Shown: piece by piece, positions 38,359 to 52,265 of the stretch
Position numbering within the stretch: position 1 is the stretch's first letter
How the letters are laid out: each line of letters starts with the position of its first letter
NCBI GenBank assembly: GCA_013239625.1
Contig: MU053810.1
Location: forward strand, 248,001-312,000
DNA: 64,000 bases
Direction of reading: 5' to 3'
From: Lama guanicoe
Taxonomy: Eukaryota
Made by a program: the position numbers and the translations under genes
The notes under the pieces: model-generated
The model's input: the letters and a program-made list of their open reading frames with translations, nothing else
Database searches by the model: none
Told to the model about the DNA's origin: nothing

Positions 38359-40477
38359 ATCCCACTTCTGGGTATGTACCCCAGAACCTCTGTGCAGGCT
38401 CAGCCAAGCCTGTCAAGGGAAGCGGGCAGGGTCAGGCAGGGAAAAGAGAAGCCGGTTTATTTGTAAATTAGCCGGCATCCTGGTCTCTCTGAGATCCAGA
38501 CTCTCTGCCCCTGGAGGCTGTTCTATCCGTGAGGGATCCAAGGAGCAGAGAGAAAGCAATGCATGGGTCAGAGCGCCTGGTGTTCGAGGTCGAGTGGTCC
38601 CTCCCCTGAAGGACCTTGGTTTAGTCACAACCTCTCTGCTCAGCTTGGAAATGAGGATAGAGTACCTGCTTTCACTCAAAGTAAAGAGCTATTCTGGTGA
38701 CTTTCCACTCCAAGTTGCTTGGCTGAGAAACAAACAGACAAAGAGCATCTCAGTTTGCCCTTTTCTACGAACTCGTTCTGCCTCTGGCAGTCAGGACTCC
38801 GGCTGCCCTGCAGTCCCAGCCCCTGCACCGGCCCAGAGCCTCGCAGACTGAGCCCGGCTGCTGGCACCAGCCCCTCTGGTCCTGGGCCCAAGGGAGAGGC
38901 TGGGCTGTTTACTTTTGGTTTCCCAGTAACTCCTGTTTCCAAGAGTTCCCTGCCAAAGGGAGAATGAGGGAGGTGGCCACAAACGGCCACATCCAAGGGC
39001 AGTCCAGGGTGGAGGTAGACCCAGGGGCCACCCAGGCCACGTGCTCTGTGCCTCTGCCCCAGGAGAGACCCCCACCCTCACGCTCTGCCTTCATCAGTTC
39101 ACTCCTGAGAACCCCTCATCTGAATTATTCCTTGGGAAGTTCTTGGGCCACAGAACAGGGGATAGAGAAGAGACACTGGGGGTCAGAGTGGGCCCCTGAA
39201 TGGCCTAGACTCACCAGGCACTGGGAAGGGAATTGCAGCCGGGGGCAAAATGATGCTGACCTGGGGGCAGGGTGAGAAGATACTGAAGCAAACACTGCCT
39301 GCTGCCCAGGGCCGGTTCTGAACAAGGTGTGTGTGTCTGATTGTCTCCGTCTAACACACACACACGTGCACACACACACAGCTTCTTCCCACTTTCTCAC
39401 CCTGCATTAGAAGCCATGTGGTTCACAGGAAGGGGCCCCAACTAGGAGCCAGGAGACCTGGGTTCTGTCCTAGCTCCATTGCGTCCTACCCTCATGGCCT
39501 TCACCTGTCCAGGCCTAAGTTATTCCTCTGTAAAATAAGAAGCGGCACTGGAGCAGTATCCCATAGCGGGGCCCTACGTACACTGCGTCCAGGGAAAAGG
39601 ATGCTGTGATCAACTAAGTTTGCCAGCGCCTCACACTACGGCACCGGCACCCCACGCCCCACCTCTGTCTCATTCCAGGACACTCACACTGCAACTGGCA
39701 ATCACACCCCTCACTTCCCTGCACCCCTGGGCACATAGTAGATGAAGATACATTCTGACAATTAATTGGAATCTGAATCCCTAGACATGCTCAAAATATC
39801 ACTCACCAGTTACAGGTGGCAAACCATGACTATTCTCAGGAACGAGTCAACTGGAGATAATTAAGACGGACCCTCAAACTCCTGACGCCCTCTGAATGGC
39901 ATCCAACAAGCGCTTCTGGAAAGTTCTCCCGGGAAGCTAAGTGCACTGATGACAGAAATGGGTGGGGCAGAAATTCAGTTTCCCGTGTGCCAACCGCCAA
40001 GCACTTAGCTAATTAGTCAAATACTGACTGCATGTTACGGATTTTATCCAATTACTTATTAATGTCCGTCAAAGATGCTGGTTGGTATCTGTACTACTTC
40101 CAGCCCAATCTCCACCAGCCTTGGGGTTTTTACCTGAATTGTTTGCTTAGCATCTATCTCATCACATCTGTGTTGTAACATTTGTTTGCCCTTGGAAATG
40201 ATTCTGTAGCAGACACTGGCTTGGCTGGGTGGGGAGAATTCAAAGATACCTGAGAAAGGGTCCCAGGCCTCAGGAGGTGCTCCTTCCACCTGCGAAGGCA
40301 GATGGGCGACAAGTACTTAATGACAGATCAGGGTCAGCGCAGGGGCCCACTAGCAGGTATGCGACGCACACCAGGTGAGCGGAAATGACTTAACAAGGTC
40401 AGGGATCCTGTTGGGGGAAGAAAGCCCTTCTAATGCTGGAGAGTCGTGTTTGCACCCTGTATCTTTGAGGACGAGCC

Positions 40478-40984
40478 TGTAAAAGGGAAGAACAAATCTG
40501 ACTCCGTATTACGTCTGTTCCTTTGGCTCTAACCCTGTGCTGTTCCCTGCGCTTGGTCACGCTGCTTCTGCACCTTTCGTAAAAGAATGTTGCCTAGAAC
40601 CTGGAATATACAGGAGAGCCCATCCTCAAGGCTCTGCCCTTTAAGGGTATTAACACTTTCCCATTCACACAGAGACTAAAAGTTGCAGGACAGGGAAAAA
40701 CATTTGTCCTGTTGGAGGCTTACAGGAACATCATGACCTGACCTAGGGGGACAGCTGCAAGAGCAAAGGATTCAGACACCAAGAAGTCTGCAACAACCAA
40801 CCCCATCCCCTTTTTAGTATAAACAGAGCCGAAATTCTGACTTGGCAAAGATGGTTCTCCATGACATTAGTCCCCCATCTTCTTGGTCTGCTGGCTTTCT
40901 GAATAAAATTGTTATTCCTTGCCCAATACCTCGTCTCCCAATTTATTGGCCTGTCATGTGGCAAGCAGAGTAAGTTTGGTAACA
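40478..40984 (+). mobile_element. Solo ERV1-type LTR, 507 bp
   Basis: TGTAA...TAACA ends; perfect 4-bp TSD AGCC (40474-40477 and 40985-40988); TATAAA at ~40818; AATAAA at ~40902. Confidence 0.85.
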
Positions 40985-43900
40985 AGCCCTCAGATGAGGA
41001 ACAGCCAGAACAGAATGGGACAAAACTTGTCCTAAAAAGAAAAACTTGCTCACACTATTTACAGGACACAGAATGCTTAAGGGCAGAAGTTCAGGGCACA
41101 AACGACCGATAAAGGACTTAAAGATCTTGGAGCAAACAGCTTGTGTGGTTAAGTAAATGAGAGGGAAAATTCTCATTATCGGGCACGAGGGGGAGAAGGC
41201 CGCCTTCACCAGATCCACATTTGCTAAACAAAGGAGCCTGGAATTTCCTCGGAATCAAACCCCACGTTTGTGACCCCTCTGTAGTCTGTTCAACAAAAAC
41301 CAAAATGGGAGTGGGCTGCAGGGTGGAGGCTCTTTCCAGGTCTTGCCTGGCATGACACAAAGCCTTTCCAGTAAAATGCAGAGTCCGCTGTTTTGTTTGG
41401 TAGTTTCTGAAGCCACCCTCGAGCGGAGCAGGGCTCAGAGGGAGCACTTAATCTGAACCGGGGACACCCACCCACCTTCCCACGTAAGCAGCAGGGAACT
41501 GGAGTCAAATCTACTTTCATACTGAGTGTCCCTCCCCCTTTTTCCTTCTAGATTGGGTATTTTCACAAACTTCTATTGTTCTGTTTGTTGCAAAATAAGG
41601 CCACTTGTTGAAAGCAGGCTTTTAGCCTTAATGCCTGCGATGAAGCATCCTCTAGTTGGTACCCAGGGATTTATACAATTTTGGAATTCTCGTCTCCAGA
41701 GGCTACAATGGGGAAGCCCCTGGTCCTCCCCCGAGAGCCCGTCTGGAAACTGTGTTAATACTTCCAGGCGGGGTGGGGGTGGGGGGCACATGTCAACGCC
41801 AAGAGCTCACAAGTGCTCATAAAAACACCAGCATCTCTCAACTGGAGAGACGAGGCCAAAGGGGCAGGGTAGCTCCCAGATCACTTCTGATCGTGTTCCT
41901 GCCTCTACCATGTAACAGGGTTGTCGTGACAGGGGCTCAGTGTGAGGGAACAGAGGAGCAGCAAAGAGCAAAAAGGTTCAGTCCTTTCTTCCTCCATCAC
42001 GCAAGTCTTGGTTAAAAAGATCTCTCCTCTGAAGCACTGCATTGCCTATTCCCGGGATGCCAGCCGTGTACAATGGAGTCCTGAACTCTCCAGGGCCCAG
42101 TAAGAGCTTCTGTCTTCTCTCCCACACCCCAGCACCCCCTCCAGGCTCCATGAGTGCACAGTGATTAAATAAGAACCTAGAGGCTTCAGCACTTTGCCTC
42201 CCCAAACTGACTGCATCTCCCCTGCATCAACTCTCAAAACGGGGTGGGCGCAGGGAGGCCTTTCTGTGTCTGACTCTCTCACCCAAAACTTGACCCGCAA
42301 TTTTACAACTCAAGCAAATAGAATGACTGATCCCAGAAACCCCGCAAAGATAAGAAGTCACTATTAGTGCACAACTAACAATGATGGTAAACACTCACTG
42401 CTGACCATAGGGCCACGTGAACCCAGACAACCCAGACACATCTGTGGCCTTCCCTGACTTATGGAGAACTTGTATCCACTCTATCAATTCTATTAATATC
42501 CACACATTCTTCTGAAAGACTAAACAGTAACTGTGTCCGTTTTTGCTGATTCTAAAGTGGCTGTTTTCTCCATCCTCACCCCACTCAACTCCCCCCAACA
42601 AATGCAGAGATTACATCACATCACACGTACTGAGATATTTTGGACGGTGCAGACCTAATGAAATTAGATTTGCTATATCCAGGCATCGCACATACAGCAG
42701 ATAGCATGTCGTTCACAAGCCACACGTGAAAAGGTGAAACTGCCTCGGTTCATTTTGCTCCCATCCAGGGGCGGGCTCAGGGCTACAGAGGATCCATCAG
42801 TAACCTACACACAAAGGCAGTTTCAGGAACCCATGAGCACAGATCCCTTCTCCTCCCTGCAGACCTTCCGTCTTGCCTTCAGCCTACGGCCCAGGCAATC
42901 TTACACAGATCATTTGCATTCAGCATTGCTCTCCCACAACAAGCATTTAGTAGACTAGAGCAAATTCAAAACAGGGCACCCAGGGATGCAACTTCACAGT
43001 AGGTTGTTCTTAATCTTCAGGAGGTAGACTTTCCCCAAACATATTCCATTTCCCTTTGAAAATGAATTCACTTCCTGAGATTTGGACAAGGGTGCCTGGT
43101 ACATAGTAGGTACTCGATAAATACTAGTTCGAACTACTCTGAATCTCAGGGTTTTCTTTGGTCCCCTCTCTGGATAAGGCATACATTAATATATCTTGGG
43201 AGCTTTTTACAGTCAAAATATCTGCCTCATTCAACCATCATCCTGCTGGAGAGCAGCTGGAGGAAATGAAACAAACGGGCTGAAGTGGGAGCCACACGTA
43301 ATCACGTGCTCCGAGCAGATGCACTACCGCCGACGGTCTGCCGCAGACGCACATGAATAATGGAGAAGCAATCGAACATCCTTCAGTATTTTCATTTTCA
43401 CAGCAGGCACCCAGGTTCAGCTATTGCTTTCGTGTGGCGACACTGAGAATCAAGGCATGAATGAGGTCTTTCTGAAGCTAATAAGCGATTATCCCTCACC
43501 AAAAAATGTGATTAGAGTGTCCGCATAGGAAGACGTAGTGTAACTTGCAAATGCATGTGTTTTACAGCATCGTCTCTCTTGATGGGAGCCCTTCAGTAAC
43601 CAGACCACTCAGTGTTTCTCCTCTGTAGCATCTCACAGAGTGACATACGCACTTGGCCCTAGCAAGTATTTGTTGCCGTTGTTGGATAAAGATGCCCAAC
43701 ACTGGCATTATGTCCAGGAAACTGTCCCAGGTGTTCTGATCACAGAGTAGACCTCCCAGAGGATCTGGTTCGAGCACAAATAAAGCTACCCAGCTCATGT
43801 CTGCAAATATCAAGCTTTCTTTATCTTTGGAGAGAGAATGAAGAGCTGATGGTAGATGGTGAACATAGTCCTATGGGCAGCCCAGGAGAAGAGGCAAGTT

Positions 43901-44859
43901 GGCAGTAAAGAACTGGCCAAGGACATGAATGAAGCAATGAACCTAAAGTCGGAATGGCTACAATTTACAGAACGATCTGGCTCTCTCCAAACAAACCCCA
44001 CTGATTGGGGACATCGGAGCCCTTGATGTGCCACCCTGTCAGAAGAAAGCTACCCATTTCTGCTTACAGTCTAGGTCACAGCCACCCCCTTCTGGGGTAG
44101 CCACCCCCTCACTTCCTGAAATCCTGTTTGCTCCAGATGGTAAATACATCTGGGGGAGGAAATTTTCAACCCAGAAGGCCAGCGACCTTGAGTTCGCAGA
44201 GACGTGAACTTCAGGACACGGCCTCGAGAAAGCCTTGGCCTCCATTCCTGGAAGTTCAAAGTGACATTTCCACAGCTGTAATGGAGCTGGGACACCACAG
44301 CTGGGTTCTGTTCTCAAGGCAGGGGTGGGGGTCGATAGATGTTCCCCCAAACACGGAGGGCATGACCAACTCAGCTTAACACCTTGTGTTCAGGAGATCA
44401 AAGAGCAGTCACCACAGAACCCAAGTGTGATCTGCAAGAGTGGATGTTCTGCTGGTTTTTTGCCAAACAGAAGCTGTGCGCCCACCTGCTGGAACCCTAG
44501 TGAAGACAGGTGCTCAGCTTCCCTGAGAAGCTGTGAACTACAGGGCAGGGGGCTGTGTATTCATCGTTCAGTACCCCTGCCAATGGGCACACTGCAGGGG
44601 CTCAATAAATGTTGAATGGATTCCACCCCGAACTCCACAGATGACTTAATAGCCTCATCTTAACATAGCTCATATCTTCAACATCCTAGGTTCACCAGAG
44701 GACTCACAGGAAAGAAAATACTCTGCCTTCAGTCCCTTGACCAATGAGACAGTTAACAAAGACAGATCCAACAGTCACCAGAAAAAAAAAAAAAAACCCA
44801 AAAGGAAAACAAATAGGCCAGGTCTGAAAAAAACGTGGGTGGGACAGGTGGCCCAGAGG

Positions 44860-45045
44860 GCACAGAAGACGGGATACTAGTGATTGATCTGAAACACATC
44901 TCAGGGTCTCCAGAGAACCCCCTGCCACTTAGGTTCTGGGTCTCACCATAGGATTTCGGCATCAGAATCTTTGAGGGTAAAAATCCACACAGCTTCATTT
45001 TCAAACATGCTTGCCTACTGCTGTCTAAGTTTGAGCCACGCTGGT
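44860..45045. mobile_element. MER5-like DNA transposon fragment
   Basis: catcagaatctttgaggg...cttcattttcaaacatgc...aagtttgagccacgctg. Confidence 0.45.
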
Positions 45046-45398
45046 CTACACACCACAGAGAGAAGCTGTACCCAGGAACAGGTGGGCACCTAGGAGTAGC
45101 TCAAACCAGGAGCTTTGGGGACAAATTCAACCCCTGCCCCAAATTTCTCCACACCCTCTTCACTCCCTGTTCCCCTTTTCCTGGGTCTTCCTGGGGCATC
45201 TCCCTTTTTAGGACCGCTGGATCCCTCATCTCCATTCCTTCACAGGCTGCTGTATGCCCACCCAGGGATGGAGCCCTCCAGACTACATTTCCCAGACTCC
45301 CCCATGGCTGGTTCTCCTCCAGCAGGTGCTGAGAAGAGCAGGGGAAACCAAAGTGAGGCAGGGGCTGCTACAGAGAGTCATGGAGGTATTAGATTTAT

Positions 45399-45800
45399 CC
45401 AGGGCAAGCTACATAATTTGCAGAGTCCAGTGCAAATTAAAAAATGCACGGCCCCTTGTTCAGAACACAGAGAGGAAGGTTTTCCTCTTGCTTCCACAAT
45501 CTCTTTCTGAATGTGCCATGGCATTTTTAAATTTGCTATTTCATGTCTCTCTTCCTCGGGCACAAAGAGTCAAAGTCAGCGCCCCACACTACCTGCTCCA
45601 CAGGGTGGAAACCCACCCTGGAGAGGCGATCATATAGTGGGGGCAGAACCTCCCACGAGCCGAGGCACCAAGTCCCCAGAGCACGTTCATTGGACTTGGC
45701 CTGTGAAACACAAATGCAAAGACAGAATGATTCAGAATTTCAAGATGGCCTGGATTTATCACCCAACAAGGTGGCATAAGTCCCAGGGAGCAGGCCCTAG
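45399..45800. mobile_element. hAT-Tip100 (MER45-like) DNA transposon
   Basis: cagggcaagctacataatttgcagagtccagtgcaaattaaaaaatgcacggccccttgttc...agaatttcaagatggc...gcaggccct. Confidence 0.55.
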
Positions 45801-45983
45801 TTTGGGAATTTAGAGTTGGGAGGAAGGGCTGGTCCCACAGCCGGCAGCATCCTAGTGACCACCCCCCCCAGGTCCTGATAATCCTCTGCGTTCCTGATCC
45901 TTCTCTGCCTCCTGATCCTGGCAAAGGGGAAATCCTCCTGGAATCGTTTTGAGAATCGTTCCTGGCAGCCCTTCCAATATCTC

Positions 45984-46351
45984 TGCTCTGGGCTTTGTCT
46001 GTCTCCCTCCAAATTCACATGTTGAAGCCTAAACCTGTGATGTGATGGTGTTTAGAGGCGAGGCCTTTGGGACGTGATTAGGTTTAGATCAGGACACGAG
46101 ATTGGGGCCCTCATGATGGGGTTACTGCCCTTAAAAGAAGAGGAAGAGAGACACGAGCTCTCTCTCCACACAGGAGGACACGGTGAGAAGGTGGCCGTCT
46201 GCAGGACAGGAAGAGCCCTCACCAGACACCAACTCTTCTGGCCCCTGGATCTTGGACTTCCAGGCCTCCAGAACCAGGAGAAATAAATGTCTGTTGTTTA
46301 AGCCACTCAGTCCAGGGTGTTTTGTTACAGCAGCCCCAGCTGACAACGACA
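45984..46351 (+). mobile_element. MaLR LTR (MLT1A-like)
   Basis: ccaaattcacatgttgaagcc...atcttggacttccaggcctccagaacc...aataaatgtctgttgtttaagccac...ttgttacagcagcccc. Confidence 0.85.
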
Positions 46352-47459
46352 CCCTGTGTTACTGACTTTGTACTTTGACAGGAGTTCCTGCTTTCTGAGG
46401 CTGGACTGTGACCAGTAAAATCTATTGTCCTCCCTGGCCCTGGTTCCCGGGCCCCTGGGCAAGGCTACACGTGGCTTCCCTGCCTCAGTCAGCCTCCCAG
46501 GACCTCAACACTAGCAGGATAGAGCTGACGAGAAACACAGGTTCAACCTCCTGGAAATAGGTTTTTTACCAGGAAAGCAAGTGTCTGGGAAAAAAAAAAA
46601 GCATTTTCCCAGTAGATACCACATGCTTGTAACCTAAACTAGCTTTTAACTTCCCGAACGTGAGAAACATTTCTACATCGGAGACATTGAGAAATGCCTG
46701 GGTTCACTGACTCCCCAAAGATCTACTGCAGGAAGTCAGCAGGACAGAAGATTCAGAGTCTGCCGGCAGCGGCTCCGCTGGTGGGTGGTTCCACTTTCCC
46801 CGCGAAGCCTTGGCTCTGTGGACTCTGAGGAGTGCTGACAGCCTCGACTGCAAAGCATTATTAAGGCAAGAAAAATACAGCTGGGATTAGCACATCCCAA
46901 AATGTCACTTTGAAATTAGACGCCTATAACAATAAGGCTCACACCTATAGACTTAAGGGTGGCTGAGCAAAACAAACTTGTTTGGTAAAAAAGAAATTAC
47001 TACAGCCTGAAATGCTTGGGGTAGGGTTGCTAGGTGGTGGCTGGTTTGTTTGTTGTTTTTCCTTCTCCCAAATCACATTCATGACAATTCGACATGGCCA
47101 AGTGTTCCTCCCTGTAATACGAATGCCATCAGGCTCTAATGATGAGCTCACCACTCATAATGACACACACGTAACTTCACTCCCATGTTTTAATTAGAGA
47201 AGAAGGGATTGCAAATTCCCATCTGGCACAACAGCTGTCCAGCCAAATTACCAGTTGACTGGCCCCAGCTTGGGAAGACAGGTATGTCCAGAAGGATCTA
47301 GATGTGGGAGGAGAGGAGAGGATAAAGGCCAAAGACCACTGAGGGTTTTATTTTAAAGAAATATTCAGAACTAGAAGATAAACAAAAGTTTTGGCAAACA
47401 GACTGAGAAGTAGAAGGCAGGAAGCAGTGGTAGAGGGCTCAAAGCCTTCTGCATCGCCA

Positions 47460-48060
47460 CCTCATTTGTTCATTCATTCATTCATTCAGTAAACACTTAT
47501 TAAGTGCCTGTTATATGCCCAGCACTGTGCCTGCCATACAGAGGCAGAAATAAACACCAATGAGGCTTTGTATTTACCAAGCTGCAGTTCAGAGAAAGAG
47601 AAACAATCACATGATCACACTGCAGAAAATCTACAGCATAATCTAAAGCAGGGATCAGTAAACCACAGCCACAGGCCCACCCCTTGTTTCTGTAAATAAA
47701 GTTTTATTGGGAGGCATCGCGCCCACTCATTTACACACGGGCGATAGCTGCCTCTGCATGACGACTAAAGTCTTGAGTAGTCACCTGCAGAGCTGCAAAG
47801 TCTAAAACATTTACTACTGGACCTTTTTAAAAAAATGTTTACTGACTCCTGGTCTGAGAGGATAAAATGGGAACCCTGATTTAGACTGGAGTTCAGGAAG
47901 GCTTCCTGGAGGAAGTGACATCTAAGAGGCATCTGAAAGATGAGGAGGAAGGAGGTAGGCAGAAATGAGAGGGAGGGGTCTCAAGCAGAGGGGGCTGTGT
48001 GGGTGAAGGAAGAGGCAGAAGAGAGCTTGGCAAGTTCAAGGACTGGAAGGGGTGACGTGA
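47460..48060. mobile_element. L2 LINE interrupted by MER58A
   Basis: cattcattcattcattcagtaaacacttattaagtgcctg...caggaaggcttcctggaggaagtgacatctaag. Confidence 0.7.
47649..47851. mobile_element. MER58A hAT-Charlie DNA transposon
   Basis: cagggatcagtaaac...gtaaataaagttttattgg...gtttactgactcctg; degenerate 8-bp TSD atctaaag/gtctgaga. Confidence 0.8.
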
Positions 48061-48909
48061 TCTTGATGAAGAGATTGTAGCAGCTCCATGAATTCCGCCT
48101 GAGAGCAGCAGCCTCAGTGGCCACTGCAGAGGTGACAGCACCAGCCGACAGACACTGAATGAGAACCATGGGCCAGGCTGTGTTTTCAGCACTTTACTCA
48201 CATTAGCCCTTTATTCCTTAAGGGCTTATGGGTTCAGTATAATTAGAAATGAGGGGGCTTACCATTATATTTGCCCTTCACTTAATGTTGGTTAATGTCA
48301 ATTGCTCAGATAATGGGGGTGGGGTGGGTGTGAGCTGATTGACAGACACTGGGAAGAACTAAATCCCTGTCCCCCCACCTCTTCAAATGCCACCTTGGCA
48401 GTGTCACTGTGCAGAGGGAAGTGACATACAGGTAGTCTCTAAAACAAGTTAATTTCATCCCTTAAATTCTGACATTCAGAAGAACGAGATCCATGACTGG
48501 TAAATTACCAACTTTACTTGTGATTTCAGACCTTTAATTTGTACCAAGAAATCCTGGGGAACAAGAAAAATTCTGATTTTCAAAATGAAAGAAAAGGATG
48601 GAGTCCAGAAAAGAATAGATGATGCCTGGCATCATCTTCCTAGCGAAATTCCAGAGAGATTATGAAATGGAAATCTTATTAACACTCCAGAAAACAGTGA
48701 GGTGAGGACTCAGAGCCACGCCCACCTTGTGCCCTGTCTGGGCAGGGTTACTGGGTGATGGGTCAGAAGAATCCCAGAGACAGTATGGTGATTTCAACAA
48801 TCAACCAAGATTTTCCCTACATTCTTTTGGTAAAGGAAACACAAATAGGCTTTTAAAAACCCTATTATGAAGAGGGATCACTGGTGCACGATCATAAGGA
48901 GAGAGAACA

Positions 48910-49395
48910 GTGAAGTAGGCAGGACCGGTCTTTGTGGGTCTTCCTCCGTGAGAGTGAGACCAGGCGAACACTATTTATTCAGCACCTGCGGGCGCCGGGG
49001 AGTCACTCACCATCACGTGCATTTGGTAGAGACTCGGAGCAGGCAGGGAGGTGGGAAAGCTGATAGTGAAAAAAGTGAAGGCTTCAGGCATGCCCTGCCT
49101 GGGGCTGTGCACCTGGAGAAGCCAGGGCGGGGGGGGGGAGCGCTCTAACTCGAGGGGGGGCATCCTCTGTGACTGGTCTGGGGAATGTAATGGGCTTTCT
49201 CAGCCTGCTCCTAAATTGGAAACATGATAGAAATTAGAGATGATTGCATCAGTGACTGGTTAAGTCCTGGCCATTCAGGGCCAACTGCACAGAGGGGCTG
49301 TTTGGCTCCCTGGGCTGGCTGTTTCAGATCAGAGGTCAAAGTTCTCTTGTTGTATGTGGTCTGGTCACTTCCTGTTTACATAATGTCTCCCCTCT
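48910..49395 (-). mobile_element. Old ERV-type LTR (family uncertain)
   Basis: tttatt (AATAAA on the minus strand); gaaggcttcaggcatgccctg...ggggcatcctctgtgactgg...aagtcctggccatt. Confidence 0.5.
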
Positions 49396-52109
49396 TCCTT
49401 CCTCTCCCCCCACTTCTTTGTCCAACATGGGCAAAACAGACAAACCGTTTAGGTCAGTTTCCTTGTAAGCGCCATGAAGAAATTTTAGAAAGTAGACAGA
49501 GAAACCAAAGGAGTTAGTTAGCCCCAAATTCAGAAGAGATAAAACTAAAAATCAATTGAATATCTTCCCCAAGGGGAATCAGGGGCATACAGAATGATGA
49601 AATTTAAATGTACTGTAATAGGGTAGCTAAAGCAATTGTCAGCGATGTCAGTTTCTACGTGGTTTATCAATGGGTGAGTGAGATGAACGGCTGATTCATC
49701 CCCTGCTAGCTCGGCAACCCTGGGCAAGTCCCTTGATCTCTATCAGCTGTGACTGCTCATGTGTAAAACAAATAGGTTGAATTAAAAATCTCCCAGGTCC
49801 TTTATGGCTATAAAATTTTATGGTTCTATGATTCTGGTCACTTGGAGTGTTCTTTGATTCTACGGGCGGCAGCTTTATGTCTGCCCAGCCAGATATATTC
49901 ATTCATTAGGAGCTGAACTGGAAAAACAAAACAAAAAAATCGTGTCCATGTTTTGTAAAAGTGCACTCATTGAACAATAATTGCGGAACAGTAACTATGC
50001 GTAGAGCACTCTCCCAGGAGCCATGGGAGAAACAAAGAGCAGAGACAGAGACCCAGCACTAAGGGACTCTGGTTGAGAAGTGAAAATACATGCATAATTA
50101 ACTCTAAATAAACAAAGTATTCAGTGCCCTAAAATGACACAGAAAGTGCTACAGAAAATGAGAAATAGTCTGTACACTCTGAACCGCTTCCCTAAAGGTT
50201 GCAAAAAGAAAATGATCAGCTAAGTGGTTGTATTTTTTGGTGCACACTGTAATTTGCAAATAATTTTTGTTTGCTTTAAATTTCACTTGCACCCATTCCT
50301 TTAACCCTGGACTCAGGGGTTTGGCACACCAGAGTTATACTAGCTGGTTTCTACTACAAAAAGCATTTAAAAGGAGGGTTTATGCTAGAATGTTGGCAAC
50401 TCTACATTTTATAGGATATTCTGGCCAGAGAAAAACCAGTCTCAAAAATGACTAAGTAACTGCAATGAAGGGGCAATAAAATGTTCCCATGAGGCTGGTT
50501 TTCTTCAAAGTCCTCTTCCTAGGAAGTGGTAAATACTGAAGATTATTGTTTCCTGCTGCCTTTCACCCCTGTCTGAAGTTACTGCTGGTGGTGGTGGGGG
50601 ATGGGGTGAGTAGTTTAAAGATGCAGTTTCATAACATTAGAACGTCGTACATTTTCACTGGCAAGGGAGGGCCTGGGGAAGATTTTTTTCACTTGCCCCT
50701 TTCTGCCTGGGAAGCCTGATCTTTAATGTCTACAGCTTTGTTGCTGCCATCCAAAGATTCTACAGTTTTCCCCAACTTAAAAGAAACATGCAAATCACAA
50801 GATGAAAAGTGCTCTCTGCCCAGGAAGCACAGCCACTGCCTGCAGGCATGCTTTTCAAACTGCCTCCAGCCACAGTAAACAAGTCAAGCCTCTCTGACAC
50901 ACAAAACAATTCTCAGTTGCACTTAGCAGTCTGTTCCCCATGGGGGGAAAAAACTGATACAAAAAGAGACACTTTAAATTGACACAGCTCTCTTGGGTTC
51001 AATGCAGAGCATAAATTACTTTCTTGAATAGCAGTTGAGAATCGCAAATAAGTTGTCTTTATTTATTTATTTTTTTGGATAGCCAGTTCAATGGAAAAAC
51101 TTTCTTGCTCTCTAACATTCTCTTCACAGTGAGAACAGGCTGAGCAGGTGCACCGCAGTGGGGAGAGAGATCACTGTGCACGAAACAGGAAGTTCTTGGA
51201 GACCAACAGCCCCTGGTTTGTCAATTACCAAAAGCAAGCTCCCAAACACTGACTCAATATTTACTAGATTTGATGAGGGATTTGAGGTCCTGCCTGATGC
51301 TGACTGCATTTACTGCAAATCCCCAAACAATTAGCAGGCACTTTTTGAGAGCAGGGTTTCTCTTTGTTTCCCTGGAAATTCTCAAGGGTGTGCCTCCTAT
51401 TTAAATTCTGTGACTAAAAGCCCTTAGGGATGCAGCTAAGTCTGCAGTCAACGTGTCTAATCATTACTATTAACAAGTTCAGGGGGCCAGACCAGCCATG
51501 GGATTCTCCCTCACCCCGTCACCACGGCACATATCTGGCCAAGCTCTATGCCTTGCAAGCAGTCAACCCCACGTGAGACACAAAGGGACAAGAAGCAGCA
51601 GTGGTCCCCAGATGCCCTGCCATGGCAGTAAGTACTGAATGGCCCAAGCTTTTCCCCACCCTCTTGAGAATATTCCCTTCAGATTTGCTGTAAACTAACT
51701 CCTTTCAACACTCCATAGATGTGAACTCCCTTCCTGAATATTCATACTCTCCTGCAAAGCTGCATGTAAATACAGCCTTCAAAAAACAACAAAAATGTCA
51801 CCGTTAATAGGAGCTTGAAGGCAAAAATCTTGGCTAACTCATCCTTTATACGGCCCAGCCGTTCCCTCATTTATCTCTGGGGTTTACTGGTGACAGACTC
51901 ATACATCTAGAAAAACTTACAGAGGTGCTAAGGCAAACCCAAGTATTCATTCTTGAGCATCGAATAAGAAAAGGAGGGCAAACATATTTTTCTAAAATGA
52001 TACGTAAAGACGAATCATTTCTCACAGAAGCCATCTCACCTGCGCTTCCTACAGAACCCTCGCTGCCCTATCCTCCCTGCTGGGTGTGTTATTCTGGTCC
52101 GAGGAGATT

Positions 52110-52265
52110 TCAACCATGGCTCCGCACTAAAGCCACCTGGGAGATTCATTTTCAAATACTCATGTCCAGACCCTACTGCGGACCCCAGAGATTCTGATTT
52201 AATTGACCCAGAATGGGCTCCCATGGTTTTAATATGCAGCCAGAGTCCAGGACCACAGGCTGTAA
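52110..52265. mobile_element. MER5-like DNA transposon
   Basis: ccacctgggagatt...ccccagagattctgatttaattg...aatatgcagccag. Confidence 0.6.

Noticed and set aside
40059..40289. Possible third CR1/L3 fragment
   Set aside because: Similarity too weak to support by eye.
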